From NCBI GenBank assembly GCA_963693365.1, contig CAVNZM010000004.1:8407093-8471092 (forward strand): a stretch of DNA of 64,000 nt, written 5' to 3'. The translations under genes and the position numbers were made by a program. Shown one piece after another: positions 46,821-60,441 of this stretch. How positions within the stretch are numbered: position 1 is the first letter of the stretch; each line of letters begins with the position of its first letter. Under the pieces are notes generated by a model that searched no databases, was not told the origin of the DNA, and saw nothing but the letters and a program-made list of their open reading frames with translations. The stretch is from Amoebidium appalachense (lineage: Eukaryota > Protista > Ichthyosporea).

Positions 46821-47343
46821 GGGGGCCGGGAGGATGGGGGAGGTTCAGGTATGTAGCTTAGCTACCGTGGTGGCAGAGCAGGATGCATATATATATGCGT
46901 GTGTGTGTTTGGTAGGGGGGGAGGGTGGGGGTGGGGGGGGTTGCTGTTGGCTGCAGCCTAGCTCTAGCTGCAAGAGGTTCTCACGACCACGGCCCTCTCA
47001 ACCGTTGACCGTCACGCGTACGGTGGTCCGATTCACGGCCGGGTGCACATGAAGTCCGACATGTACAGAGTTCAACAAACCGCCTTGGCAGATAAATACG
47101 TAATCCTTGGGTATGTGTGATCGAGTGATCGGTCAGATGTACTGATCGTTGAGTGCAGGTGTTCGCACATCCCCTTTGCTACCGTGTACACGTGCAAAAC
47201 TCAGAACTTGACGCTGTGTGGCACAGACTGACAGAGCTAATGAGTGAGCTAACTTGTGATTATATCCGGTGGAACACGTTGACTATAACACAGCTACCAG
47301 TACATACGAAAAGCTTATAGGCTGCTGACAATTAGAGTGAAAA

Positions 47344-47981
47344 ATGGAGCAGAGCGAAGGTTCTACCAACCACGAACAAGAACAAGCAGACTCGCACCCG
47401 AATGAGCAAACAACACAAGGAGGTGTTACCGAAACAGGAAAACATGAAGGAAGCAGCAAGATTGAGGAAGATTTGAGGCAGAAAGCACACAGGGAGGGGG
47501 GAGAGGAGAGTGATGAGGAGGAGAAGGAGGCCAAGAGGAGAAAAATTCGGGAATAGATTGCTTCAGGAGAAGGAGAAGGTGTGGGAACATAATGCCTGGT
47601 GAGTGCATCCTTCGGTTTTGGTACTGTGGAAGTGGGTAGCGTGCTGCTCCCACTCTCTCTCCCCCCCCTCCCCCCCCCCCCCCCCCCCCCCATGTGTCCT
47701 GCGCCATGCTTCTCGTCGTGTATGCGTACTTCGTACCGTGTTCCGCATTCAAACCCCCCCCCCCCCCTACCTCCCCCCCCCTCTCTCCCCCCCTCCCCCC
47801 CCCCCCCCCCCTCCTCCTCCTCTCTGGCCCACGTTTCTTGCTCCCCGTCCCCGTGTGTGCGCACCTCATTATGCATGCTGGGTGTGTGCGCGTGCATGGA
47901 GATGTGTTATTTGCATGACAGGTGTGTTCGAACCATGACACACAACGAAGGTTTATAGATCTGCCTGTGTGTGTGTGTGTA

Positions 47982-48015
<34 letters not shown>

Positions 48016-48390
48016 GAAAGGGGGTGGCATGTGCTCGGCTGTACCTGCATGCACGGTTGCCCACACAGGCGCCTTGGTCCCATCTGCTTGTGCATAGAGA
48101 CAGGCTTGTGTTTATGTTTGTGGCTGTGTCAGTGGGCTGTGTTCTTATGTATTGGCTCTTGTATCAAAGATGTGTTTGCAGCCAGGAGTGCCCGATGTGC
48201 AAGATGGCCACGTTAATCGTCTCACCCCCCTCCCCCCCTTCCGCCCCCCCCCCTCCGTGTGTACGCGTGCACTTGAGTCTCCGCGCCCACTCCCTCCCCC
48301 TCCCGCTGTGCGTTTGGAACTGGGTGTGTGCTCGCGCTCCAGTGTGTGTGTGTGGTGTGTTTCTCGGGGGGGGGGGGGGGGGGGGGGGAG

Positions 48391-48422
<32 letters not shown>

Positions 48423-49926
48423 AGGGGAGGGGGGGGGGGGGGCAGGGAGGGAGTGTGTGTACATGTGCTTGTGTTCGCCTGTTGGTGGAGTGCTTGCCTT
48501 TGAGCTAACCATATCGACCCTCCTCTTTTTTTACCAAGGGCTCCCTGTTCTCTTCTCGATCTCCCTAAAAACACACACACATCCTCACCCAACGAAATCC
48601 CGTCAACCTCACTATACTCCTGTCCCACTCAGTCCTGCGTCCAAGTGCATGCCAGTCACGTTTTTCAATGTCAGAGGGGGGGAAGGGGGTGGGGTAGGTG
48701 GGTGGGTGGGTGGGTGGGTGGGTGGGTGGTGGTGGTGGTGGTGGTGTGTGGGTGGGTGGGTGGGTGGGGGGGGGGGGGGGGTGGGGGGAGGAGTAATGCA
48801 CTCTATCGTTTGGTATGCCCCCGATTCAGGAGTGGGTTTGTCCCTTTTTTGTTTTATTTATTTATTTATTTATTTATTATTTTTCCGGGGGAGGGGGGTG
48901 GGGGGTGGGGAGAGGTTACATGGCAAGACTTGTTAATTTCTCGTTCAATTGGTGTGTGTGCAAGATGTAGATTTGGCCCTTTGAAGCTTGCTGACTAGAA
49001 ATGTTATTTGAACCTTGGTAGTTTTTTTTTTCTCTTTTTTTCTTTTTCTATTTTTTCTCGGGGAGGGATAGGGGGGCAGGAGGAAGGGACGGGGCGCCAG
49101 GGGGGAAAAGGGTTTTCTTTATCTAAATCGTGGCTACAGGGATGATGTTGAGTGGAACGAAGAACAGTTGGGGCATGCAAAGAGGGTGGTCGAGGAGCAG
49201 GGGAAGAACCCCGTGCCCCCAGAACTGAAGGGTGTGTGTACGTGTGTGTACGTGTGTGTACGTGTGTGTACGTGTGCGTCTGTACATGGGTGCATACATG
49301 TGCCGTGTGTGTGTGGGGGGGGGGGGGGGGGGGGGGGGAGGGGGGGGGAGAGGGGGAGGGGCAGGCGATGTAAAAAGAGGGGGTGGATGTTCTTGTTTTG
49401 TTTTATTTTTGTTGTGGTAGCAGACGAGGCTCTGGAGGTGTGAGTGGCTTCACTGGGGGGGAGGGGGGGGGGGGGGAGGATGGGGGGAGGGGGGGGGAAG
49501 GGGGGGGGGGGGGGTGTTGTGATGTCGATGTAGTGTATGGGTGGGGGGTTGGGTCAGGTTTACTTCTAGGCGAAAGACACCCAGTATGGGTGCAGGGTGG
49601 GTGCATGTTTTTTTTTCCCACTTTATTTATTTTATTTTTTTATGTGCGGGGTGGAGGACAAGGTGGGGGGGGGGGGGGGGGGGGGAGGGGGAGGGGAAAA
49701 AGGGGGACGGGGCAGGTATGCCTGGCATCTATTCCCACCCCACCCCCCCCCCCCCCCCCCCCCTCCCCCCCCCCCCCCCTCGCTGTCGTGTCTTTTCGGA
49801 GACGCCCAAACTGACAATACCAAACAAGATCAACAAAGACCACGTACATACACAGACTGCAAAACATACGTGCACTGTCGTATACATGTCAGTCGGCTTG
49901 CCTTGCTAGGTCCCCCTTTGCTTCTA

Positions 49927-49968
<42 letters not shown>

Positions 49969-50046
49969 ACACACACACACCCTCATCTACTCACCCTGTT
50001 CCCTCCACCCCCCGTGCATCCACACCTCTGCTCTCCAACTCCCCCC

Positions 50047-50124
<78 letters not shown>

Positions 50125-50223
50125 AGGATGGGCTCTGCTAATGATGCATACTCTATTTCATGCTCTGCAAGTTGAATGGTGTTGTCTGTCGTGAATGTGC
50201 ACTTCACACTCTAAAACACATCC

Positions 50224-50259
<36 letters not shown>

Positions 50260-50517
50260 TCCCCCTCCCCCCCCATCCCCGGGCATCCCTTCTTCCGATG
50301 TGCAGAGAGGTATGAAATGGAGGCTGGGACGTTTTGGGACGGATTCTACAACCTGCACGAGAATAGATTCTTCAAGGACAGAAACTGGCTGTTCACGGAG
50401 TTTCCTGAGCTCAGAGCTGGTGGGTTGTTGTCGTCTTCCCGAAACCATATTCTTTTGTGGAGGTGTGGGAACTCTCCCGCTGTGATGGACTCTGTTTAGT
50501 TACATATCTTCTGCCCC

Positions 50518-50550
<33 letters not shown>

Positions 50551-50613
50551 CCCCGCCTTTTTTTTCCTGTGTGTGTGTGGGGGGTGTATATGTGGGTGGG
50601 TGGGTTTTTTTCT

Positions 50614-50644
<31 letters not shown>

Positions 50645-50880
50645 GAGGTTAAAATTCGATTTCTGAATTTTGCGTATTTTTGGTGAAGGGTTGTTTTGCT
50701 TTTTGATGTCTCCTTCTGCATAATCCAGAACTCTAAATGCATACATACCCCCCCCCCTCCCCTCCCCCTTCTTACCCTGTCTCCCTTCTGCCGTCGGGGG
50801 AGGGGGGGGGAGGGGGAGTAGGAGGGGGTTGGAAATCGTGTTCTTCTCAAAAGAACAAACGGAGACAGCGAAATCGTTGC

Positions 50881-50948
<68 letters not shown>

Positions 50949-51090
50949 GACAGACAGACAGACACTGTGTGGCACACACACACACACACTCAATCACTCA
51001 CTCACTCACTCACTCACTCACTGACTCGCACTTACCCACTCATTCACTCACTCCCTTACTCACACACACGCACACGCGCGGGCGCGGGCG

Positions 51091-51141
<51 letters not shown>

Positions 51142-51143
51142 AA

Positions 51144-51225
<82 letters not shown>

Positions 51226-51499
51226 GCCAAGGAGCGCACCGACAGTAGCCAGTTTCGTGTGCTGGAGGTTGGCTGTGGGGTGGGCAACACGGTGTTTCCG
51301 TTGTTCAAGGTGAGTCTCTGCATGGATTCGAACGAGCCCTTTCTCTCATGGCTGCCTCATGCACACACATCCTCTCTCTCGGAAATATATGCACACACGT
51401 CCTCTCTCTCGGAAATATATGCACACGCACAGGTGCATAGGTGCACATTGGCACATGTGCATGCCCGCGCACACACGTGCACACACACACACACACAAC

Positions 51500-51538
<39 letters not shown>

Positions 51539-52760
51539 CAAAAAAAACACACACATACACAAACACACGCGCGCGTGCGCGCGTGCAAAATCGCACACAA
51601 ACACATGTACGCACACACACACGTGCGAACACACATGTATATACCATAAAATCTTTGCCTGTCTCTCTCTCTCTCTTACCCTTATCCCCCCCCCCCCCTC
51701 CCCCCCCCCCCCAAACCCCAACCCTACCCCCGCACACATGCACACATGAGGTGCAGGGATTCTCACTGAAGTTTACTTTCAGTGTTCTGCCCTTTTTTTT
51801 TGTATATATTTTCTGTTTTTCCCACTCTTGGCACTCTGTAACCCCCCTTCCCCCCCCCCCCCCTCCCCCCCCCCCCCCGGTCCTCAGCCCGCCTCTCCTT
51901 CCTCCCCCTTTCCCTCCGCGTCCTCTCCCCTCTCTCCTCAGGGCAGTGAAAGTAGCCTGTGTGTTGGGTTTTGCTTATCTGCATTTCTTTTTGTCTAAAG
52001 TCGAATGTTTTGTTTCGTCGCGTGATACACAATGAGACATCCCCCCTCTCATCACTCTTCTACTCACTCCTTATTCGTTTTTTTTCACCATCCCCCCCCC
52101 CCTCCCCCCCCCCCCCCCCCCCCTTCCAATTCTACAGCCCCTTCCCCCCCCACCAACCCCCCCCCCCCCCCCCCCTCCCCCCACTTCCCCTCGCCCTCTT
52201 CCTCCCCCAACATCCCCCCCGCCCCCCCACTTCCCCTCCCCCCTCCTCCCCCCGACACACACACACACAAACCCATGAACCTCTGCAGAGCAACACAGAT
52301 CGCGGGTTCTTTGTGTATGCATGCGACATTTCAACTACGGCTATCGATATTCTAAAGGTGGGCGAGGGAATCAAACACCACACACATAACTCGACATATG
52401 TTGTTAGACATGTATGTGCTGGTATATATAGCTGGTGGAATTTTGTTCAAGCCGAAAGAAATTACGTGTATGTTATACATGCTCAAGTAGCCAATCTAAG
52501 TATAATATGCAACTCCTGCATGTGTGTGCCATTGGAAATGGATTCCAATAATAGGCTTCTATAGCAGTAGTCGCTTAGATGACTAAATGAAATATGCAAC
52601 CTTGGTCGGACGGATGGGTTCGTGAGGATTTATGTAGATGTGTTTTGGTGGCCGGAGGGCGGCAGCCTGGGGGAGAAGGGGGGGGGGGGAGGGGGGGAGG
52701 GGGGAGGGAGGGGGGGGGGGGGCAGGGAGGAAAATAGGTGCCGTGCATTCGTATTGAAAG

Positions 52761-52805
<45 letters not shown>

Positions 52806-53334
52806 AAAAAAACACATGCGTGACAACTTGGTTTCGACTTTGTACCTCGTACAGAGTACCGCGTTTTTAATGCCTTTGCAAATCTGTATACATACACACG
52901 CACACACACACACAAGCACACACACACACACAAACTCTAGAATGACCCCCCCCCCCCCCCCCCCCCCCCCCTCCCCCAAATACCCCTCCCCCCCCCCCCC
53001 CCCCCCCCCCACCACCACCACCTTTGCCTCCCCGCCCCTTCTCTCTCTCTCTCCCCCCCCCCCCCCCCCCCCCCTCCCCCTTTTTTTTTTTTTTTTGCCC
53101 CCAATCTCTTTTCAGGCCCATGAGCTATATGACCCAGCCAGGTGCATGGGCTTTGTGCATGACGTCAGCAGCACCGACCCACTACCTATCCCGGCCGAAA
53201 GTTTGGACCTCGTCATAATGATATTTGTCCTGTCGGCTATACAGCCGGCAAAATTCACAACGGTTATCCAAAACCTGTCCAAGGTACGGCATTACTACTC
53301 TTTTCTACCCATATGGCCATAATGATATCCCCCT

Positions 53335-53375
<41 letters not shown>

Positions 53376-53411
53376 TGCCTACAGGAGTCGACAACAACCG
53401 TGCGAGCTTCC

Positions 53412-53445
<34 letters not shown>

Positions 53446-54408
53446 CGGTGGGTTGATTGGGGATGTATAATCCCATTTCAGATTCCTTTTTTGGCACTTT
53501 CGAGCTTCACCACACACATGGTCTGCCGGAAGGACGGGGTTTTCCTTGTGATAAACCATTGATATGCCGCTAGGGCCAATACGGGAAACGTCCCAAGAAT
53601 CTGGTGTGAGCCTAACCCTGCGACTATTGTATTAGTTTTTTCTACCCGGTTTCCGGACTTCCATATGAGGCTTTTGCCTGCCTGGCATTTCTTTTCTGCC
53701 TCCTTTCCTCCGGGTCATGTTGCTGTTCAATCCCATTCAAACATTAAAGAATTCAAACATTAAAGAAAGGAAAACAAGAATGTCATTTTTGGCAAACTCA
53801 AAAATTGTTCCTCCCTCCCCTGTCCCCCCCTCCCCTCCCCCCCCCCCCCCCCCTCCCCCCCCCTCGCCCCCCTCCCCCCCACCCCCTCCCCCCCCGGGCA
53901 CCGCCGCTGCCATGGGTCTAACGGGACCCCGTCTCGACGTGTAAAACACACAATCACACATGAATGAACAATGTCATGCATTGATCCAAACGCACATGCA
54001 CGCGCAAACACACGCGCGCACAGATACAAACATGCATAGATTCGAACGCACATGCATGCGCGCACGTGCGTATACACACACATGCACCCGCGCGCGCGGG
54101 CACACACACACACACACACAAACGAAACAGGTTCTTAAACCCGGTGGGCTTATTCTGTTCCGGGACTATGGCAGATACGACATGGCACAGGTGTGTGCAC
54201 GTGCGTGCTCTTTTCTGTGTGTGCGTGTGCGCGCGTGTATCCACGTACTGTGCCCGCATTGAGTGTTTTGTGTCTGCCCGGCTGTGTGCGTCCATGTGTA
54301 TCACACTAGGATCTGTGTGTTAACATGTGTGTAGTGGTCTGCATGTAAGTCGCTATGGCTGCGGGTGTGTTTTGTCTTAATGTTTTTGTGTGTGCATGTG
54401 TTCAAGTT

Positions 54409-54439
<31 letters not shown>

Positions 54440-54662
54440 TTGTTTTTTTTTTTGTTTTTGTTTGAGCGGGGGGGAAGGGGGGGGGGGGGGGGGGGGGGGG
54501 AAGGGGGAGGGGTTGTGGTGGTTGTTGATGTGGTGCACCAGGTAGGAGAAAGATGGGCCGGTATGTGTTGATTTGTCGAAGAAAAGATGCGGTTTTATAA
54601 CATGGGTTCTCGGAAAGCACCCCGGTGACTCACACACAACACACACACACCGACACCAACAG

Positions 54663-54714
<52 letters not shown>

Positions 54715-54805
54715 CTGCGGTTCAAGAAGAATCGCCTACTTGAAGACAACTTCTATGTCCGAGGAGATGGTACTCGAGTCTATTTTTTCACGAAAGGTAT
54801 CCTTC

Positions 54806-54842
<37 letters not shown>

Positions 54843-55146
54843 CCCCCTCCCCTTCTTCCCACCTTTAACGAAGCACATAGGCACATGCATAGGGCCTTTC
54901 CTCCCCTCCCTGTGTCGACACCCCCCCCTCCCCCCCCCCCCCCCCCCCCCCCCCCCTCCCTCCTCCTCCCCCCCGGTCCCCGTCTTACACCACTGCTCAT
55001 GCTCACACAAGGGTATCTGAATTTACCACATGCACACTCTACACACAAAGAGTGACACCATTACAAGTGTACACGCACGCTTCATAAATCCCCCCCTCCC
55101 CCCCTAACCCCCTAACCCCCCCACCCCCGCAACCCCTCCCCCCCCC

Positions 55147-55182
<36 letters not shown>

Positions 55183-55495
55183 CCTCGTCTCCGTCCCGCA
55201 ACCCCACCTCTCCGTTCCTCGCCCAAGGGCCTATAACCGGCCGGGGTCCGCTAACACACGTGTTTTTCCCATTGCAGAGGAAATGGACACGTATTTCACG
55301 GAGGCAGGACTCGAATGTTTGGAGAACGGATACGACCGACGACTGTTGGTGAATCGGAAGAGAGAGCTGCAGATGTACCGTGTGTGGTTGCAGTGCAAGT
55401 ATTGGAAACCGGCTGCGGGAGAAGGGAAATCGGGCAAAAACGCAGGCAAAGTTGCTGAAAGTTCGGGCGATCATAAGGGGAAGGAGATGGAATGA
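47344..55495 (+). CDS. METTL2: tRNA N3-methylcytidine methyltransferase (METTL2/Trm140 family); exon 1 has a +1 frame discontinuity. Exons 47344-47598, 49140-49231, 50306-50419, 51224-51309, 52289-52357, 53116-53283, 54131-54190, 54715-54796, 55278-55495
   Basis: FGNRLL...[41 protein letters not shown] motif [86 protein letters not shown]. Confidence 0.93.
50124..50230 (+). repeat. Dispersed intronic repeat, copy 3
   Basis: GAGGATGGGCTCTGCTAATGATGCATACTCT...TTGTCTGTCGTGAATGTG, flanked on both sides by poly-C. Confidence 0.8.
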
Positions 55496-55826
55496 GCAAT
55501 CGTGTCGGATGTGTCCGGACGCCCCCTCCCCCCTGCCCACCCCAGCCCACCCCCCTGCCTCCTTCCTTCCTCCACCTTTCTTTTTTTTTGTCTTTTATTT
55601 TTTTTCGTTTTCGAATCATCCTAGATGCACAAAGCCCTGGATGTATTCATACACTTGCTACATGCAAAGCATAAGCTCGCATTTTTCTTCGCTTCCCTTA
55701 TTCTTTCCTTTTGTTTTCTCCTTCTTCTTAGTCTTTTCTTCGTCTTCTTTTCATTCCCTTCTCCTTCAGTTTTTTGTTTTTTGTTTTTTGTTTTTTGTTT
55801 TTTGTTTTTTTGTTTTTTTTTTTGGT

Positions 55827-55865
<39 letters not shown>

Positions 55866-56329
55866 CTGGTTTTCTGAGCCATTCGAAAAACATTAGAGTC
55901 AAGGGATTCATGTACATGATATGGTGGGAGTACAAGGCATGCACTAACACATACACGCACATGTGAACATGCGCACGTCTTGCATGCATGCTCGCACACA
56001 AATACAAACACACACACGAGACATCTCATAATTCTCACCATGGCTCCAAATGATTGGGGAAAAAAAGGCGGGGGAGGGGGAGGGGGGGGGAGGGAGGGAG
56101 GAGGGGTTGTTCTGTAATCTTCACATGTAAAAACAATGTAACAACAATTGCATGTAACTGTGCTAGTAAACCTGATGGTAGGAATGAATGAAACGTGGTG
56201 CTACCAAGCCATGCTCCTTGCGGATATATTCCGAATAAACCAAGATGACCCAGCACCATGGTACAGTTGTCGGAGAAAGTTTCTCCTATGTCATAAACTT
56301 GTGTGTTGTCAGCACGTCTGTACATATCA

Positions 56330-56740
56330 TAAGTTAAGGTCATGTGGTGTGTGTGTGCCCATATAAAGTGATTTGCGCGTCTGTCCGTATAAGGTGATGT
56401 GTGTCTGTCCATATATAAGGTGATGTGTGTGTGCACATAAGATATGGGCACACACACACGTTGTATGGGCACACACACACCACATAACCTTATGTGTGAT
56501 ATATCCATATCACCTTATATGGGCACACTGTGACACACACATCACCTTACACATCACCTTACAAGGTGATGTGTGTCACAGTGTGCCCATATAAGGTGAT
56601 ATGGATATATCACACATAAGGTTATGTGGTGTGTGTGTGCCCATACAACGTGTGTGTGTGCCTATATAAACGTGATGTGTGTGTGTGCCCATATAAAGCC
56701 ATGTTGTGTGCACGTGTGTGCCCATAGTTATAATGCCCAT
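56330..56740. repeat. ~24-26 nt minisatellite (GTGTGTGCCCATATAAGGTGAT) containing an inverted repeat with ~100-bp arms (56447-56548 / 56563-56662)
   Basis: The left arm GGCACACACACACGTTGTATGGGC...CATCACCTT is the near-perfect reverse complement of the right arm AAGGTGATG...GCCCATACAACGTGTGTGTGTGCC, with a 14-nt spacer. Confidence 0.9.
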
Positions 56741-56952
56741 ATATATCAGGGGTTTACGCTGTTTACTCGAGGCAAAGAGAAACCAGTCTCAGGTATGGGG
56801 GGGGGTTTTTGCTCGGAATATCCCCTCAGCGGTATATCATGATCACGTACATAGATGTCGGGTGATGACTATATATCAGTAAGTTACTTTCTCTACGAGA
56901 CACCATAAAGACTACAAAGAGAAATCAATTAGTTGGGGTTCCCCGTTTCTTT

Positions 56953-56954
<2 letters not shown>

Positions 56955-56987
<33 letters not shown>

Positions 56988-57018
56988 GGGCTCCCCTGGG
57001 ACAGTCGGTATCAGCTGG

Positions 57019-57087
<69 letters not shown>

Positions 57088-59816
57088 TGCGCTAGAATTT
57101 TGTAGTGATGTGTTTCTCAAGCCAATCAATACATCTAATAAACAGGTCGTAGTTACGCGTGTTTAGTATAAAATCAAGGATGTTGTAATTTACAGGTAGG
57201 CTATCTTTCTGGGTGTCTGTTGTGAATGTGACGTGTGTGTGTTGCGGTATTATGTGGTCTATCAAACTACATTTGGCGATACATGACCGGTTAAACTGGT
57301 GTGTGTGTGTGTTGTTTGGGCATGCAAATGATGCCACCTTATACTTATTAGATCTCCACTGTATAGCACGTGTACAGTAAAAGCGTGGTAATTGATCAAT
57401 ATTACCATCAGCTAGAGAAAGACCAGTTCTACAGGAAGGTAATATGTATTTAGGTGTTATACATTTGCGAGTGCCATATTTGGCAATATGGTTGAGGCGG
57501 TCAGTATATATAAAACGAGACATAAGGCCTAGTTTTTCAAGGTGTATGCTTTCATCGGGTCTAGTGTCGTGTGGTATCTTTTTCCATTTGTTATATTGCG
57601 TGATTATCTTGTGATTGTGTACATGTTTAATAAGTAAGTGGCAGTCCAAAGTCACACACACACTTTTGCGGGGTTTATTCAATTGTATTTGTGCCCAGGG
57701 GAGAAGGGGAGAGAGGGAAGGAAAGAGGGGAGAGGTGAGGAGGGGACAGGTCGGATAGAGAAGAGAGGGTGGGAGGGCAAATACTTTTTTAAGCGGCTTA
57801 TGTGCTTATTGAATTTCAGCGCGAGATAGGATACTCTAGCAGCTATTGGGACCAGACCATATATCGAGAGCGTTACAGGCCCAGGTTTACAACAGTTGTT
57901 AGATAGAAAGGAGGCAACTTCTGCTTCAAGGAAATTTGCCAAGGGTTTAAGCGCTCTAGTTCTCTCTTTCTTGATCCAAGCGGCGAGAAGGGGTAAACCA
58001 TATTCACATGCCGGGAAGACAAAAGTGCGAATAAATGTAAGTCTAATAGAAGGATGGAGGGGTGTGTCTTTAAAAATATTAGCCGAGAAGAAAGCTAACC
58101 GCTTACGAGCCAACTAGACTACCCTCTTTTCGACCATATGGGAAAACATAACACCAACAGAATCAACCGGAACACCAAGATATTTGTATTCTGGAACTAT
58201 AGGTACAGGTTTTAGATGATAATGTAAATGTGTGTAAATTGTTAGCTATATCAGGTACAAGAACACCACATTTGTCTATGTTAAGGATCATAAGGTTTGC
58301 CTTGCACCACTCTGACACTACATCGAACAATCTTTGCAGGCGTCTAGGGGTACGGGCAAGGAGGGACAGATCATCAGCATAGAGAAGTGCAGGTGGACAG
58401 TTATTAATAGGGTCATCGTTTTCGGCATAAATCTTGACAGCCAAATCATCTATAAATAGATTAAACAAAAAGGGGCTAAGCAATGAACCCTGCAAGAGAC
58501 CTCTAGTACGAGCAAAACCATATGAAAGATGCCCATTAACCACAGCTCTACCATAGGTTTGAGACAAGAGTGCTTCTAACAGAACACCAATGCAGTGTGG
58601 TACACCCCGTGCAGCAAGCTTTTCCCATAGGAGACCAGGGGAGACAGAATCGTAAGCAGTTTTCCAATCAATAAAGCTAACATATCGTGCACCAGCTTGC
58701 ATAGAATCGTGCAGTGCCATTATTTGAACATAACATGAATTGTTTTTACGAAAAGCGGATTGGCATGGGTGTATGTGAAGAATAGATTGAAACCTAGGGT
58801 GATGTGCAAATAACCTAAGCAAGCAAGCTTCAAAGAATCTACGAACAACCTGGGTTAGTGTGATGGGGCGAAAGGATGATATGGGGCCCTCAGAGTCCTT
58901 CTTAACTATGGGGATCACTAAGGTATCTAACCAAGATGACGGGACATGTCCACATTTAACACACCAAGAAAAGAGAGAGCTTAACATGATAGTAAGATCA
59001 GGTTTAATAGCACGATCACTTTCCTTTTGTGGGTAGGAGGGAACAAGGATTTTAAGAAACCCAGCAGGGAGTCCATCAGGTCCACAAGACTTACTAGAGC
59101 TATAACTAGATATCACAGACCATATGGTATCGGGACTGGAAAAGGGGAGGATCGATTCTATGGGGATAGATGGGTCTACAGGCCACACAATAGGTTTCTG
59201 AGCGGGGGTCCTATCTTTAAACAGTTCCGAGAAACTACTTATCAGAGCCTATGAGGGGGTCTCCAGTGGTATCACCAATAATACGAGCAGGGGGGCCAAA
59301 TCGATTCATACTAGCAAGCCGGCGCAAGCTTTCCTTTTGAGACAGGGGTTCACCTAGTCTAGCGGGAGTGGTGTTTGGTAACAAGAGAGCATCGGGATAT
59401 TCCTTCCTACCACCACCAGCATAATCACCGAGATCTATTAAATCATCAACAATAAAGTTAGTGCATGTATCAAGTACGAGATGTGAATCTGGTCTGGCTT
59501 GTGCAGATTCTAATAGGCGCATATATATAGGGTGTTTCGTTGCATAGCATACACATACATCAACTCTACCCCACTGTGACTTAAGCTGGGATAGACGGAG
59601 GCGAAAGGTGGGAGGAGGAGGGGGGAGCAGATCAAGGGAGATCTTAGGTAGGAAAAGGATAGGAGAGTGGTCAGATGACCTAGAGAGGTTAGGAGGGAGA
59701 GAGAGTTTTGACATGGTTGATGGCCAAAAGGCCACTCCCCAGTCGGTGTTGTGGGCATGGGATATTTGAGGGAACCGCAAAGTATATATAGTGAAGTCGG
59801 ATACATGTGTGTACAC
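56955..59816 (-). mobile_element. 5'-truncated, decayed non-LTR retrotransposon (LINE): end of APE endonuclease, RT, Cys/His C-terminus, 3' (CA)n and poly(A)
   Basis: SDHSPI (APE C-terminal motif); GPDGL, FRPITL, QSAFR, FIDWKTAYDSV, GLLQGSLLSPFLFNLFIDDL, YADD, NIDKC, YKYLGV. Broken into four ORF pieces by frameshifts and a stop. A30 tail at 56955-56984 and (CA)n at ~57021-57082 just after the last stop. No TSD seen. Confidence 0.92.
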
Positions 59817-60441
59817 GTGCCCTTAGCGAGAAGTTCACCAAGTCTCGCTTTATTTATAAATTACCATGAACACTACCATAAATACTACGTTATTTGTACA
59901 CAGCTACAAGGATGACACAACCTTGACACCACGCGCAAAAGTTTCTCCCCCCCTCCCAACCCTCCGGCCCCTCCCGTGCGCCTGTATGTGCGTGACATTA
60001 CGTGTGTACGTCTCTCGCCAGCCGCCCCCCCCCCCCCCCCCCCCCTCCCCACCCCCCGCCCTCTCCCGTGTACCTGCATTTGTGCGTCAGCGTGTATTTA
60101 TGATAGGTCGGTCTGCACGTATGTGTGTCCAGTTGGTAATCCACATCATCAAGTGAAGAAGAGGGCGTATGAATAGGTTTCCGTTTGCAGCTTGCGCTCG
60201 GTCCTGAGATTGGTCACCACTGCGAGTTTTTGATTAAAGTGATTTATTGCAGTTTTATTCTCATTCACACAGCCGCGCACACTTATGGTGCCTGGGCCCA
60301 ACATGTGTTGTTTTGTGTGTTGTGTTGTTTTTTCGCGCGTACTTTTGGAGGTGTATTTTTCTTTATTGGGTCACGTACAGCTAAGCTTACTAGACTAAGT
60401 TATACAACATTCAATTAACAAGGAGACTACCCATGGCCCTT

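Noticed and set aside
50124-50200. Dispersed intronic element as a C/D snoRNA
   Set aside because: ATGATG is not conserved in all copies, and no terminal CTGA D box or stem was found.
43742-51426. Two-copy intronic duplications (~29 nt at 43750-43810; 30 nt at 51361-51426)
   Set aside because: Ordinary slippage duplications with no sign of function.
58163-59188. RT as a retron, DGR, group II intron or telomerase
   Set aside because: APE SDH motif, GPDG/FRPI/YKYLG motifs and a poly(A) tail identify an ordinary decayed LINE.
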